Shown one piece after another: positions 20,375 to 29,575 of a DNA stretch of 64,000 nucleotides (within the stretch, counting starts at the first letter, position 1; every line of letters begins with the position of its first letter). The stretch covers positions 544,001-608,000 of the forward strand of contig CBDCTZ010000005.1 in assembly GCA_965222375.1 (NCBI GenBank). Reading direction: 5' to 3'. The notes below the pieces were generated by a model that saw only the letters and a program-made list of their open reading frames with translations, made no database searches and was not told the DNA's origin. This DNA comes from Polyangiaceae bacterium. Lineage in GTDB: Bacteria; Myxococcota_A; Polyangia; Polyangiales; Polyangiaceae. A program made the translations under genes and the position numbers.

Positions 20375-21931
20375 GTGAGCTTGTACACCCACACCGCCGC
20401 AGAACTGCTGACGCTCCTGTCGAAACGGCAATGCTCGAGCCGCGAAATCGTCGACGCGCTGATTCGGCGCCGCGAAGAAGTCGATCCAGCGCTGCACGCC
20501 TGGGTCGTCCAGCTGGACGACAAGGCACGCGCAGACGCAGACGCAGCCGACAAACGTCGCACCCAAGGAGACGATGCGCCGCTGCTCGGACTTCCCGTCA
20601 GCATCAAAGAGAACATCGACGTCGAGGGCACGCCGTCCACCCTCGGGCTCGAATCCCGCAGGGCGCATCGCGCGGAGTCCGACGCCATCCTGGTGCGGTG
20701 CTTGCGCGAGACGGGCGCCGTGATCCTTGGCAAAACCAACGTGCCGCAGTCGCTGCTCAGCGTCGAGACCACGAACTTCGTTCACGGCACGACCAACAAT
20801 CCTTGGGCCCACAGCCGCGCCCCAGGAGGCAGCAGTGGCGGTGAGGCCGCGGCGCTCTCCAGCGGCAGCAGCGTCTGTGGCATCGGCACCGACATCGGCG
20901 GCTCCCTCAGGATCCCCGCGGCGTTCTGCGGCGTCGCCGCACTGAAACCGACGGAGCACCGCTGGAGCAACTTGGGCAGTCGCACGGCCATCGCCGGTCA
21001 AGAGACCTTTCGATCACAAATCGGCCCCATGGCGCGCAGCGCTCGAGACGTTGCGCGGATCTTCGAATCGATCCCAAGTGTCCGCCTGGCTTCCCTCGAC
21101 CCCTTCGTGCCGCCAGTCCGATCGCCGCTGGCAGAGTCCGTGTACCTGAAACGGCTGCGCGTCGGGTTCTGGGAGAGCGACGGCCTGCTCACTCCGGCAG
21201 CCAGTGTGATGCGAGGCGTGAGAACGGCAGCGCGGCTGCTTAGCGATGCGGGCGCGGAGGTCATCGAGGTTGAGCCGGCGAACGTGGCGCGCATCACCTG
21301 GTTGTTCTTTTCGATCCTGAGCGCAGACGGGGGCCGCACGCTGGACGAGCTTGTCGCTGGGGAGCGGATGATCGCGCCCTTGGCTCGGGTGATGCGCATC
21401 GCGAAAATGCCCGACCGAGTCCGCCGCGCCCTCGCCTTGGCGCTGCTGGTCCTCGGTGAACAGCGCGCCTCGGATCTCGTGAGCACCCTGGGTGCAAAGA
21501 CCGTAGGCGAGCTGTGGAAACTGACCGCAGAGCGGGGCCGGTTGCGCGTGCAGGAATTGGAGTTTTTCCAGGAAAAACGCCTGGATCTGGCGCTGTGCCC
21601 AGCATTCGCCACCCCGGCTCCGCAGCATGGCGAGTCCACGGACTTCACTGTCGGCGCTTGCTACTCCATGCGCTACAACCTGCTGAACTTTCCCGCGGGC
21701 GTGGTACCCGTCACCCGCGTGCGCGCCGACGAAACCGATCGCAGTGAGCTGCGAGATCGAATCGATCGCGCTGCTCAGCGCATCGAGCGCGGGAGCGAGG
21801 GACTGCCGATTGGCGTGCAGGTCGTGGGACGCCCACATGCAGAACACCACGTGCTCGCCGCAATGACGGTCATCGAGGAGCACGCGCGCAAAGACTCGGG
21901 GTTCCCCGAGACACCCTGTCACCAAGCGTAG
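20375..21931 (+). CDS. amidase-signature family protein (FAAH-like)
   Basis: LGLPVSIKE, GGSSGGEAA, GTDIGGSLRIPAAFCG; start GTG uncertain. Confidence 0.92.
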   Translation: MSLYTHTAAELLTLLSKRQCSSREIVDALIRRREEVDPALHAWVVQLDDKARADADAADKRRTQGDDAPLLGLPVSIKENIDVEGTPSTLGLESRRAHRAESDAILVRCLRETGAVILGKTNVPQSLLSVETTNFVHGTTNNPWAHSRAPGGSSGGEAAALSSGSSVCGIGTDIGGSLRIPAAFCGVAALKPTEHRWSNLGSRTAIAGQETFRSQIGPMARSARDVARIFESIPSVRLASLDPFVPPVRSPLAESVYLKRLRVGFWESDGLLTPAASVMRGVRTAARLLSDAGAEVIEVEPANVARITWLFFSILSADGGRTLDELVAGERMIAPLARVMRIAKMPDRVRRALALALLVLGEQRASDLVSTLGAKTVGELWKLTAERGRLRVQELEFFQEKRLDLALCPAFATPAPQHGESTDFTVGACYSMRYNLLNFPAGVVPVTRVRADETDRSELRDRIDRAAQRIERGSEGLPIGVQVVGRPHAEHHVLAAMTVIEEHARKDSGFPETPCHQA

Positions 21932-22046
21932 GATGGACTGCGACCTGCGATGTCGCATCGGACCTTCAGCGTCGCAGGGATTCGATCGCACTATCGCGAG
22001 TTCTATTGGTGTGAGCGTGGCGCGCGACTTGCTGTACAATTTGACA

Positions 22047-24120
22047 ATGCGCAAGTTGGTCCAATCCAGACCGTCCCTCAGCACCCTGGCTTGCTTGAGC
22101 GCACTGTGCCTCGCAGCCTGCGTCGGCAGCATCGACGATGAAGGCTCGTCGCGTGGAAGCGGGCCCGGTCCCAAGGGGCCTCAGGTATCGCCAACCGGAC
22201 GCGACCCCGGTCGCGTGACACTGCATCGGCTCAATCGGGCGGAGTACGACAATACCGTGCGGGATCTATTGGGCACGGCGCTGACGCCAGCCAAGGACTT
22301 TCCCGCGGACGACCATGGCTACGGCTACGACAACATCGCCGACGTACTGACCATCTCCCCAACCCAGGTCGTGCTGTACGAACGCGCGGCGGAAGCTTTG
22401 ATCGAAGACGCGATGAAGCCGCCCCAGGCGACATCTGCGACCCAACTCGTGGAGGCAGAGACTCTCACGGGCTCGACGGGCTCAGCGACCAGCGATGCCT
22501 ACAACCTGTGGAGCAACGGGGACATCACCGCGACCTTCGCCCTGCCATCGGATGGCACCTATGAGGTGCGAGTTCGCGCCTGGAGCACCGCCGCTGGGAC
22601 CGAAGACGCGAAGATGAACGTGCTCATTGGCAGCACGGATCTCGGTACCTTCGACGTGCCCAACGACTCGAGCAATCCCCTCATCGTCACGAAGCAGGCC
22701 GACGTCACCGGTGGCAGCAAGGTGGTCACGGTCAGCTTCATCAACGATTTTTACGAGCCGCCCAGCGATCGAAACCTCTACGTCGACTACATCGAGGTGG
22801 AGGGGCCGATTGGCGCAACGACGGGCAAGAACGCCCTTCGAGATAGGATTCTGATTTGCGACCCTTCGACAGGTGATGCCTGCCAACGACAGATCTTGGA
22901 GGCCTTCACCAAACGCGCCTGGCGCCGCCCGGTCACGGCAGCGGAGATCGACAAACTCATGGCCTTCATCGCGCTGGCCAAGGCCGAAGGCGAAGATGAG
23001 GAGGTCGGCATCAAGCTCGCACTACGCGCGGTGCTGATAAGCCACAACTTCGTGTTCCGCGTGGAGTTGGACGAAACTCCCAATGGGGGGACCGTGCGAC
23101 CCCTCAACGCCTGGGAACTTGCCTCCCGGCTGTCGTACTTCCTGTGGAGTTCGATGCCCGACGACGCGCTCTTTGCCAAGGCCGAGTCCGGTGAACTGCT
23201 CCACCCCGAAGTCTTAGCGGCTGAAGCTCGACGAATGCTTCAGGATCCCAAATCCTCAGCCTTGGTGGACAACTTCGCGGGGCAGTGGCTCTACACCCGC
23301 GCGTTGGTCGAACACGAGCCGGACTACAACTTCTTCCCTGAGTATGAAGACGGACTGCGGGTCGCGATGGAGCAGGAGACGCGGCTGTTCTTCAAGGAGT
23401 TCCTGGAAAAAACCCCACCCGATCCAAGACCTCCTGAAAGCCAACTTCGGTTACGTGGATTCGAGGCTCGCGCAGCACTACGGGATCTCCGGCGTGAGCG
23501 GTTCATCTCACGTACGCACGACCATGACAGACCCACTGCGGGGCGGCTTGCTCGGACAGGGCAGTATCTTGACCATCACCAGCTACCCGACGCGCACCTC
23601 CCCAGTGAAGCGGGGGCGCTGGGTCCTGGCGCAATTGCTTTGCGACAAGCCCCCGGACCCACCACCAGGTGTCGAAAGCAATCTTCCGTCGATGCCTCCT
23701 GCCGGAACCACCCAGAAGGATCTTCTGGCCAAGCATCGGGAAGACCCGACTTGCGCAAGCTGCCACGATCGCATGGACCCCGTCGGCATCGCCCTTGAGA
23801 ACTTCGACGGCATCGGACGCTTCCGCACCGAGGACAACGGCACCGCCGTGGACCCCACGGCAACGCTCATCGACGGAACGCCCATCGACGGCCCCGAGGC
23901 TTTGGCGAACGCTGTCGTTTCAGACGAGCGATTCCCCGGCTGCGTCTTGCAGCAGATGTTCATCTACGCCCTGGGGCGCGGCACCGAAGACACGGACCAG
24001 CCCTACTTCGACGAGATGCAACAGAGTTTGGGCGCAGGCTTTTCCCTGGAGCAAGCCATCGAACAGATCGTCAAAAGCGAACCATTCCGTATGCGCCGTG
24101 CGGAAGGAGGTGGAAAGTGA
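22047..24120 (+). CDS. DUF1592-family lipoprotein (DUF1587/1595/1592/1588/1585) with inserted beta-sandwich CBM-like module; frameshifted at ~23410
   Basis: LHRLNRAEYDNTVRDL, ELASRLSYFLWSSMPD, RTSPVKRG, CASCH, FIYALGR; ORFs 21933..23798 and 23344..24120 join by removing one A from the A6 run at 23407-23412. Confidence 0.85.
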
Positions 24121-25454
24121 GCCGCCGCAGTCCCATCTGGCACAAGCGTCATAATCGCCGGTTCTTCTTGGGCGGTGCAGCCACTCTGATCGGCCTACCG
24201 GTGCTGGAGAGCATGTTCGGGCGCGGCGCGACCGCCGCAAGCAATGGCATGCCGCAACGTTTGATGGCCTTCTACATCCCATGCGGGATCCACATGGCCA
24301 AGTGGACCCCGCAGAACACCGGCGCGGGCTACGACCTGCCCGAGATCTTGGCGCCTCTCGCCAATGTTCAAAGCAAGACGATGGTGCTCACTGGATTGGC
24401 CAACGATCCAGCCAAGCCTGACGGCCCGGGGGATCATGCTTCCGGGACGGGCGCTTTCTTGACTTGCGCCCACCCCTACAAGACCGAGGGGTCCGATATC
24501 AAGAACGGCATCAGCGTCGACCAAGTCGCAGCCAACGCCATTGGTTCCGAAACGCGGATTGCATCGCTACAGCTCGGCATCGATGGCGGCGCGGGAGTTG
24601 GTGGATGCGACAGCGGCTATAGCTGCGCCTATGCTCGAAATATCTCTTGGGCGAGCGACACTCAACCGCTGCCGAAGACCATCAATCCCCAGGTCGTCTT
24701 CGACCAGATTTTCGACGGCTTCGATCCGAACCAGAGCAGCGCAGCTCAAGCGCGTACGCGCAAGTACCGCGCCAGCTTGCTGGACTACGTCAACCAGGAC
24801 GCCAAAGACCTCTCGGCTCGTCTGGGAACGAAAGACAAGGCCAAGCTAGACGAGTATCTCACGGGGATTTTCGACCTGGAGCAGAGCATCGCCAATGCCA
24901 CCCAGTTCAACTGCGACACCATCCCCCGCCCCGACAAGAATCTCGCGTTTCCGGATCACGTCAAGATGATGCTCGACCTCAGCGTCTTGGCCATGCAGTG
25001 CGACGTGACTCGAGTGATCACCTTCATGCTGGGCAACGCCGGCAGTGGGCGCAGCTACGACTTCATTGGCGTCAGCGGCGGGCACCACCAGATCTCCCAT
25101 CATCAAAGCCAGCAGTCTAACTACGACAAGCTGACGACCATCGACACCTGGGAGGTGTCACAGCTGGCCTACCTGCTGGAAGCCATGGACAAGGTGCAAG
25201 AGGGCACCGGCACGCTCTTGGACAACTCCGCTGTCTTCTTCTCGAGTGAGATCGAAGACGGCAACACTCACGCTCATAGGAACCTGCCGGTTGTCCTGGG
25301 CGGCGGCCTGGGTGGAACTTTGCCCACGGGTCAGCACATCAAGGTGCCCGACAAGACCCCGCTGGCAAACCTGTTCATCACATTGCTGAACAACATGGGC
25401 GTCGCTACGAGCAGCTTCGGCCAGAACAGCACCGGGCCACTCGCTCTTACCTAG
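24117..25454 (+). CDS. DUF1552 family protein (Tat-like signal)
   Basis: NRRFFLGG, SVDQVAA, CDSGYSCAY..NISW, DVTRVITFM, HHQISHH; usual partner of DUF1592; GTGA overlap. Confidence 0.92.
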   Translation: MSRRSPIWHKRHNRRFFLGGAATLIGLPVLESMFGRGATAASNGMPQRLMAFYIPCGIHMAKWTPQNTGAGYDLPEILAPLANVQSKTMVLTGLANDPAKPDGPGDHASGTGAFLTCAHPYKTEGSDIKNGISVDQVAANAIGSETRIASLQLGIDGGAGVGGCDSGYSCAYARNISWASDTQPLPKTINPQVVFDQIFDGFDPNQSSAAQARTRKYRASLLDYVNQDAKDLSARLGTKDKAKLDEYLTGIFDLEQSIANATQFNCDTIPRPDKNLAFPDHVKMMLDLSVLAMQCDVTRVITFMLGNAGSGRSYDFIGVSGGHHQISHHQSQQSNYDKLTTIDTWEVSQLAYLLEAMDKVQEGTGTLLDNSAVFFSSEIEDGNTHAHRNLPVVLGGGLGGTLPTGQHIKVPDKTPLANLFITLLNNMGVATSSFGQNSTGPLALT

Positions 25455-27364
25455 CCGCGCCGCTGCTCGAGCTCGAGCCAGCGTTCGGTGAGCTGGTCCA
25501 CCTCGACGCGTTTTGACTCCAGGTCGCGACCCAACTCCGCGACGTCGCTACCGCTCGTGGAGTAGGTCTCGGGGTCTGCGAGCTTGCCGGTGAGTTCCGC
25601 GACCGCAGCTTCGAGCGCCTCGATCCGGGCAGGCAGTTGATCGAGCTCCCTATTCTCGGCCCAAGTAAGCTTCTTGCTCTGCGACTTTGGCGCGGCGACC
25701 TCGGGTTTGGCGGCCGCCGCCTTGGTTGAGGCTTTGTCGTCGGCGGCCACTCGCGCCGCCCGGGCCCTAAGCGCGCGGAAGCTCGCGTAGTTGCCCGGAT
25801 AGCGGACCACTCGCCCGTCGCCCTCGAAAGCGACGATGCCTGTCGCGACGCGATCCAAAAACCATCGATCGTGAGTGACCACCAAGGCCGTCACGCCCAT
25901 TTCCACCAGCATGCTCTCCAGCGCGGCAAGGGTCGACACATCCAGATCGTTCGTGGGCTCGTCCATGATGATCAAGTTGGCGCTCCGCCGAAGCATGCGC
26001 GCCATGGCGACCCGCGCTCGCTCTCCCCCGGACAGCGCTGCCACACGCTTGCGCTGATCCGCACCTCGAAAGCCGAACCGCTCGAGGTAGGAGCGGGGCT
26101 CTACGACCTCACCGCTGACTTCGATTCGCGACTGGTCTCCGACTACGTTGTCGAAAACGGACTTTTCTGGATCGAGCCCACTGCGCAATTGGTCGAAGTA
26201 GGCGATGCGCGTGTTCTTGCCCAACGTCACGCTCCCCGCCAGAGGCTCGAGCTCTCCCAACAGTGTTCGCAGCAGCGTCGTCTTGCCAGTGCCATTCCGA
26301 CCCACGATGCCGAGGCGTTCGCCCTGAGTCAGGTACAAGGTCAGTCCGCTGACGAGTGTCTGACCTGCGATCCCAACCGACAGATCTCGGAGCTCCAAGA
26401 TGGTCTTCCCTGCCCGAGACACCGAGAGGTCAAAGCTCACACTTCGTTCGCGAGCGGGCCCTCGGACGTCTAAAGCGCGCTCAGCACGGTCGACCCGCGC
26501 CTTCTGCTTGGTCGTGCGCGCCTTCGGCTGTCGCCGCAACCAGGCTAGCTCTTGGCGCAGGAAGTTCTGTCTGTTTTGCTCGGTTCGCGCGGCGTGGGCC
26601 AAGCGCTCGGCCTTGCGCTCCAAAAAGAGTTCGTAGCCCCCGTCGTAGCTGTGCACCACGCCGTCAGCGACTTCCCAAGTCCGCTGCGCCACACGGTCCA
26701 GGAGGTAGCGGTCGTGCGTGATCAGCAGCACCGCGCCTCGGTACTCCTGCACCAAGTAGTTCTCCAACCACTCGATGGTGTCCGCGTCCAAGTGGTTCGT
26801 GGGTTCGTCGAGAATCGCCAGATCTGGCCTCGCGACCAGGATCCTCGCCAACGCAACCCGCCGCTGCTCGCCCCCACTCATGCTCGCCACGCGCTGCTCG
26901 GGGTGGGCGATCCCTAAATGGCTGAGCACCGCACGACTGCGGTGCGCTTGATCAAAGCCGCCCAGTCGCTCCACGTCCTCGGCCGCCTTGGTCTGCTCGT
27001 CCAGCCAGTTCTTGGTTTCGTCCCCGTCCCCGCCCTCGGCCAGGGCCCGGCTCGCGCGATCGTGGCGGGCACAGGCCGCAGACCAGGCCGAGAGACCTTC
27101 CACCACGGCCTCTTCCGCTGTGGGGTCGCCAGTGAACTGGGGCACCTGTTCGAGGTACAGAACTGAAGCATCTCGGCGCCGGGTGATCTGCCCACTGTCG
27201 CTGGGTTCCGTCCCGGCAAGAATGCGCGCAAGAGTGCTCTTACCAGCGCCGTTCTTGCCAACCACACCTACGCGCTCGCCAGAGCGAACCGTCACATCGA
27301 CACTTTCGAGCACGACGTGGGCGCCGTAGGCTTTGTGCAGCTTCTTGCCAGTTACGACGGGCAC
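25451..27364 (-). CDS. uup: ABC-F family ATPase (Uup-like)
   Basis: Two ABC domains ([43 protein letters not shown]), [11 protein letters not shown] linker, C-terminal coiled coil ending RWLELE. Confidence 0.85.
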   Translation of the reverse strand: MPVVTGKKLHKAYGAHVVLESVDVTVRSGERVGVVGKNGAGKSTLARILAGTEPSDSGQITRRRDASVLYLEQVPQFTGDPTAEEAVVEGLSAWSAACARHDRASRALAEGGDGDETKNWLDEQTKAAEDVERLGGFDQAHRSRAVLSHLGIAHPEQRVASMSGGEQRRVALARILVARPDLAILDEPTNHLDADTIEWLENYLVQEYRGAVLLITHDRYLLDRVAQRTWEVADGVVHSYDGGYELFLERKAERLAHAARTEQNRQNFLRQELAWLRRQPKARTTKQKARVDRAERALDVRGPARERSVSFDLSVSRAGKTILELRDLSVGIAGQTLVSGLTLYLTQGERLGIVGRNGTGKTTLLRTLLGELEPLAGSVTLGKNTRIAYFDQLRSGLDPEKSVFDNVVGDQSRIEVSGEVVEPRSYLERFGFRGADQRKRVAALSGGERARVAMARMLRRSANLIIMDEPTNDLDVSTLAALESMLVEMGVTALVVTHDRWFLDRVATGIVAFEGDGRVVRYPGNYASFRALRARAARVAADDKASTKAAAAKPEVAAPKSQSKKLTWAENRELDQLPARIEALEAAVAELTGKLADPETYSTSGSDVAELGRDLESKRVEVDQLTERWLELEQRRG

Positions 27365-27370
27365 TGTCGG

Positions 27371-27803
27371 CTACTTCACGCAGTTGCCCCGCGCGCGATA
27401 TGGCCGGCCTGGACAGCTTCCGCTGGTGCGGAATTCCTTGCCATCGCAACCGCAATAGACCCCGCAGATCGCGAGTACACGAGCGGTTCTTTGGGGCGCA
27501 GCGCGCTTCGTCAGGGCCGCAGCCTTCACCCTCGCACACGCCGCTTTGGCAGTCCTCGGCAGTGGAACAAGCCTCGCCGTCCTTGCGCTTGTTCGGATCC
27601 GGCGGCGTAGGCTCCGCCGTGGGCGCAGCACTCGGTGGAGGCTGCGCGCTCGGCTGCGGCTCCGCGCTCGGCGCTTCTGGCACCGGCGGCTCAGGTGTGG
27701 GGGCGGGCGTCGTGGCGACAGGCGCCGAATCGGCCGGTGTTTGGCTGCCGCCACACGCCACAGCGGCGAAGTAGAGCACGGCCCAAAGGTTCTGAGGTCG
27801 CAT
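27371..27803 (-). CDS. Pro-rich lipoprotein with Cys-rich (Kazal-like CGCDG) C-terminus; frameshifted at ~27461
   Basis: Lipobox AVAC; CSTAEDCQSGVCEGEGC; removing one G from the G4 run (27460-27463) joins CTRDLR to VYCGCDGKEFRTSGSC. Confidence 0.7.
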
Positions 27804-27981
27804 CAAGGACACCGTCTACGCGACGCGTGCGCCGGGTGCAATTGCGTACGGGAGAGCCCGCGATGGAGCGACCGGGGGCCCGATCGGGTCAAAGCGCTTG
27901 CGCAAGCCTGCGATTACTCTCACTTACTTTTCCGCCTTGGTGCCTTGATTCCCCGGCGTTGCATTGTCTACACCGTCAGCC

Positions 27982-29088
27982 ATGCCGAACCTCAGCCAAC
28001 TCAAGTCGACGATTCTTGGTCTCCCGCTCGCGCTTTGCATCGCTTGTGGCGGCACCGGCGAAAGTCCAGCCGGGCAGCGCAGCCAGCCCATCATCGGCGG
28101 GACGCCCTCCACTCTGAACCAGCTCTACTCAACGGTCTCACTCTACGACGTCAACACCAACGCTCAAGCCTGCACCGGCACCCTGATTGCCCCGACGGTG
28201 ATCGTGACGGCGGCCCATTGCGTGGTGACCCAGGACGAACAAACCAATCAGATTACGTATGAATTCCAACCGGCGGACTTGCTGGTCATCGCCGGCGACT
28301 TGGACGGCAATACGCCGACCCAACAGAACGCTTGGGACGTTGCCAGCATCACCCGGCACACGATGTACAACGGCGACAACGGCAGCGACCCCGATGGCCT
28401 CGCGGCGTGGCACGACATCGCGGTGTTAACGACGACCGAGGCGGTGAATGCCGTCGCGGCCGCACCCGTCCTGCCCCTCGCGAGCTTCGACCAGGCCGTC
28501 CAACTCAACCCGAATATTCTGCTCGCTGGCTACGGGAGCCGAGACCAGGCGGGCAATGAGTTCGGAGTTCTGTATCAGGCTCAGACTCCGTACCAGCGTC
28601 GCAACGACAACGAGTTCATCGCGGGCGGGTCCGGCAACCCCGACACCTGCCCTGGCGACTCGGGCGGCCCGGCCTACGTGGACATTGGCGGCGCGCTCTG
28701 GCTCGCGGGTGCCACATCTCGTGGCGTCTCCAGCTCTACCGCCACCTGCGGCGACGGCGGGATCTACACTTTGGCGGGTGCGTACTCGGATTTCATCGCC
28801 AATGCGTCCGGTGGCGCTTGGGTCCCCAACGCGCCACCCAATCTCGGCACCGCTGGCAGCGGCAGCGGAGGCGCGACGGGCAGTGGCGGCGCGACGGGCA
28901 GTGGCGGCGCGACGGGCAGTGGCGGCGGAGCCGGGACTGCGGGGACTGCAGGAGCACCGGCAACCTCAGGGGGTAGTGGGGATTCTGGTGGCTGCAGCAC
29001 GAGCCCCTCTGCGCCCCAGCCAGCTAGCCCGCTTTGGCTCGGCCTGAGCTTGGGTCTGGCCTTGAGCTTGCGACGCCGTCGAAGCTAG
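27982..29088 (+). CDS. S1 trypsin-like serine protease lipoprotein with MYXO-CTERM sorting signal
   Basis: IIGG, TAAHC, HDIAV, DTCPGDSGGP; Gly-rich linker then GGC-x-hydrophobic-RRRRS. Confidence 0.93.
   Translation: MPNLSQLKSTILGLPLALCIACGGTGESPAGQRSQPIIGGTPSTLNQLYSTVSLYDVNTNAQACTGTLIAPTVIVTAAHCVVTQDEQTNQITYEFQPADLLVIAGDLDGNTPTQQNAWDVASITRHTMYNGDNGSDPDGLAAWHDIAVLTTTEAVNAVAAAPVLPLASFDQAVQLNPNILLAGYGSRDQAGNEFGVLYQAQTPYQRRNDNEFIAGGSGNPDTCPGDSGGPAYVDIGGALWLAGATSRGVSSSTATCGDGGIYTLAGAYSDFIANASGGAWVPNAPPNLGTAGSGSGGATGSGGATGSGGATGSGGGAGTAGTAGAPATSGGSGDSGGCSTSPSAPQPASPLWLGLSLGLALSLRRRRS
28870..28926 (+). repeat. 18-bp tandem repeat x3 (GGCGCGACGGGCAGTGGC) encoding GATGSG linker
   Basis: Seen directly in the sequence. 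Confidence 0.85.
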
Positions 29089-29104
29089 TCCCTCGGCGCG
29101 CGAC

Positions 29105-29575
29105 ATGCTCGGCAAGAAGCATCTGAAGCGGATCGGTCGGGATCTGACCGAGTCCGGCCGATACCAGCAGGCCATCGTCGCGTACCAAGACGCTATTCGA
29201 CGCGATCCGACAGACCCTCGGCTATGCGATGGTCTCAGTTACGCGCTGTACATGAGCTGCCGCTTCGAGGAGTCCATCGAGTGGAGCAAGAAGGCCCTCT
29301 CGCTCGATTCCGAGAACTACTTTGCCGAAAAGAACATCGGTTTGTGTCTGATGCAGATGGGGCAGCCCGAAGTAGCCGTCGAGCATCTCGAGGATTCGAT
29401 CCGGCTCAACCCCCGCTACTTCGATTCACACCACGATCTCGCCCTGGTTCTGATGGATCTAGGGCGCTGGGCTGACGCCAAGGCCAGCCTAGAGTGCGCT
29501 CGCGAAATCGAGCCCAGTCGCGGGCCGACCCTCGACCGCATGCTCGACATCATCGACAAGAACCTGGCGGACTAG
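29105..29575 (+). CDS. tetratricopeptide repeat protein
   Basis: About four TPR units (GRYQQAIVAYQDAIRRDP; AVEHLEDSIRLNP). Confidence 0.9.
   Translation: MLGKKHLKRIGRDLTESGRYQQAIVAYQDAIRRDPTDPRLCDGLSYALYMSCRFEESIEWSKKALSLDSENYFAEKNIGLCLMQMGQPEVAVEHLEDSIRLNPRYFDSHHDLALVLMDLGRWADAKASLECAREIEPSRGPTLDRMLDIIDKNLAD

Noticed and set aside
20375..21931. Amidase as gatA partner of gatB
   Set aside because: 18 kb from gatB, no gatC, and the motifs (GTDIGGSLR, NVPQ) look like FAAH-type amidases
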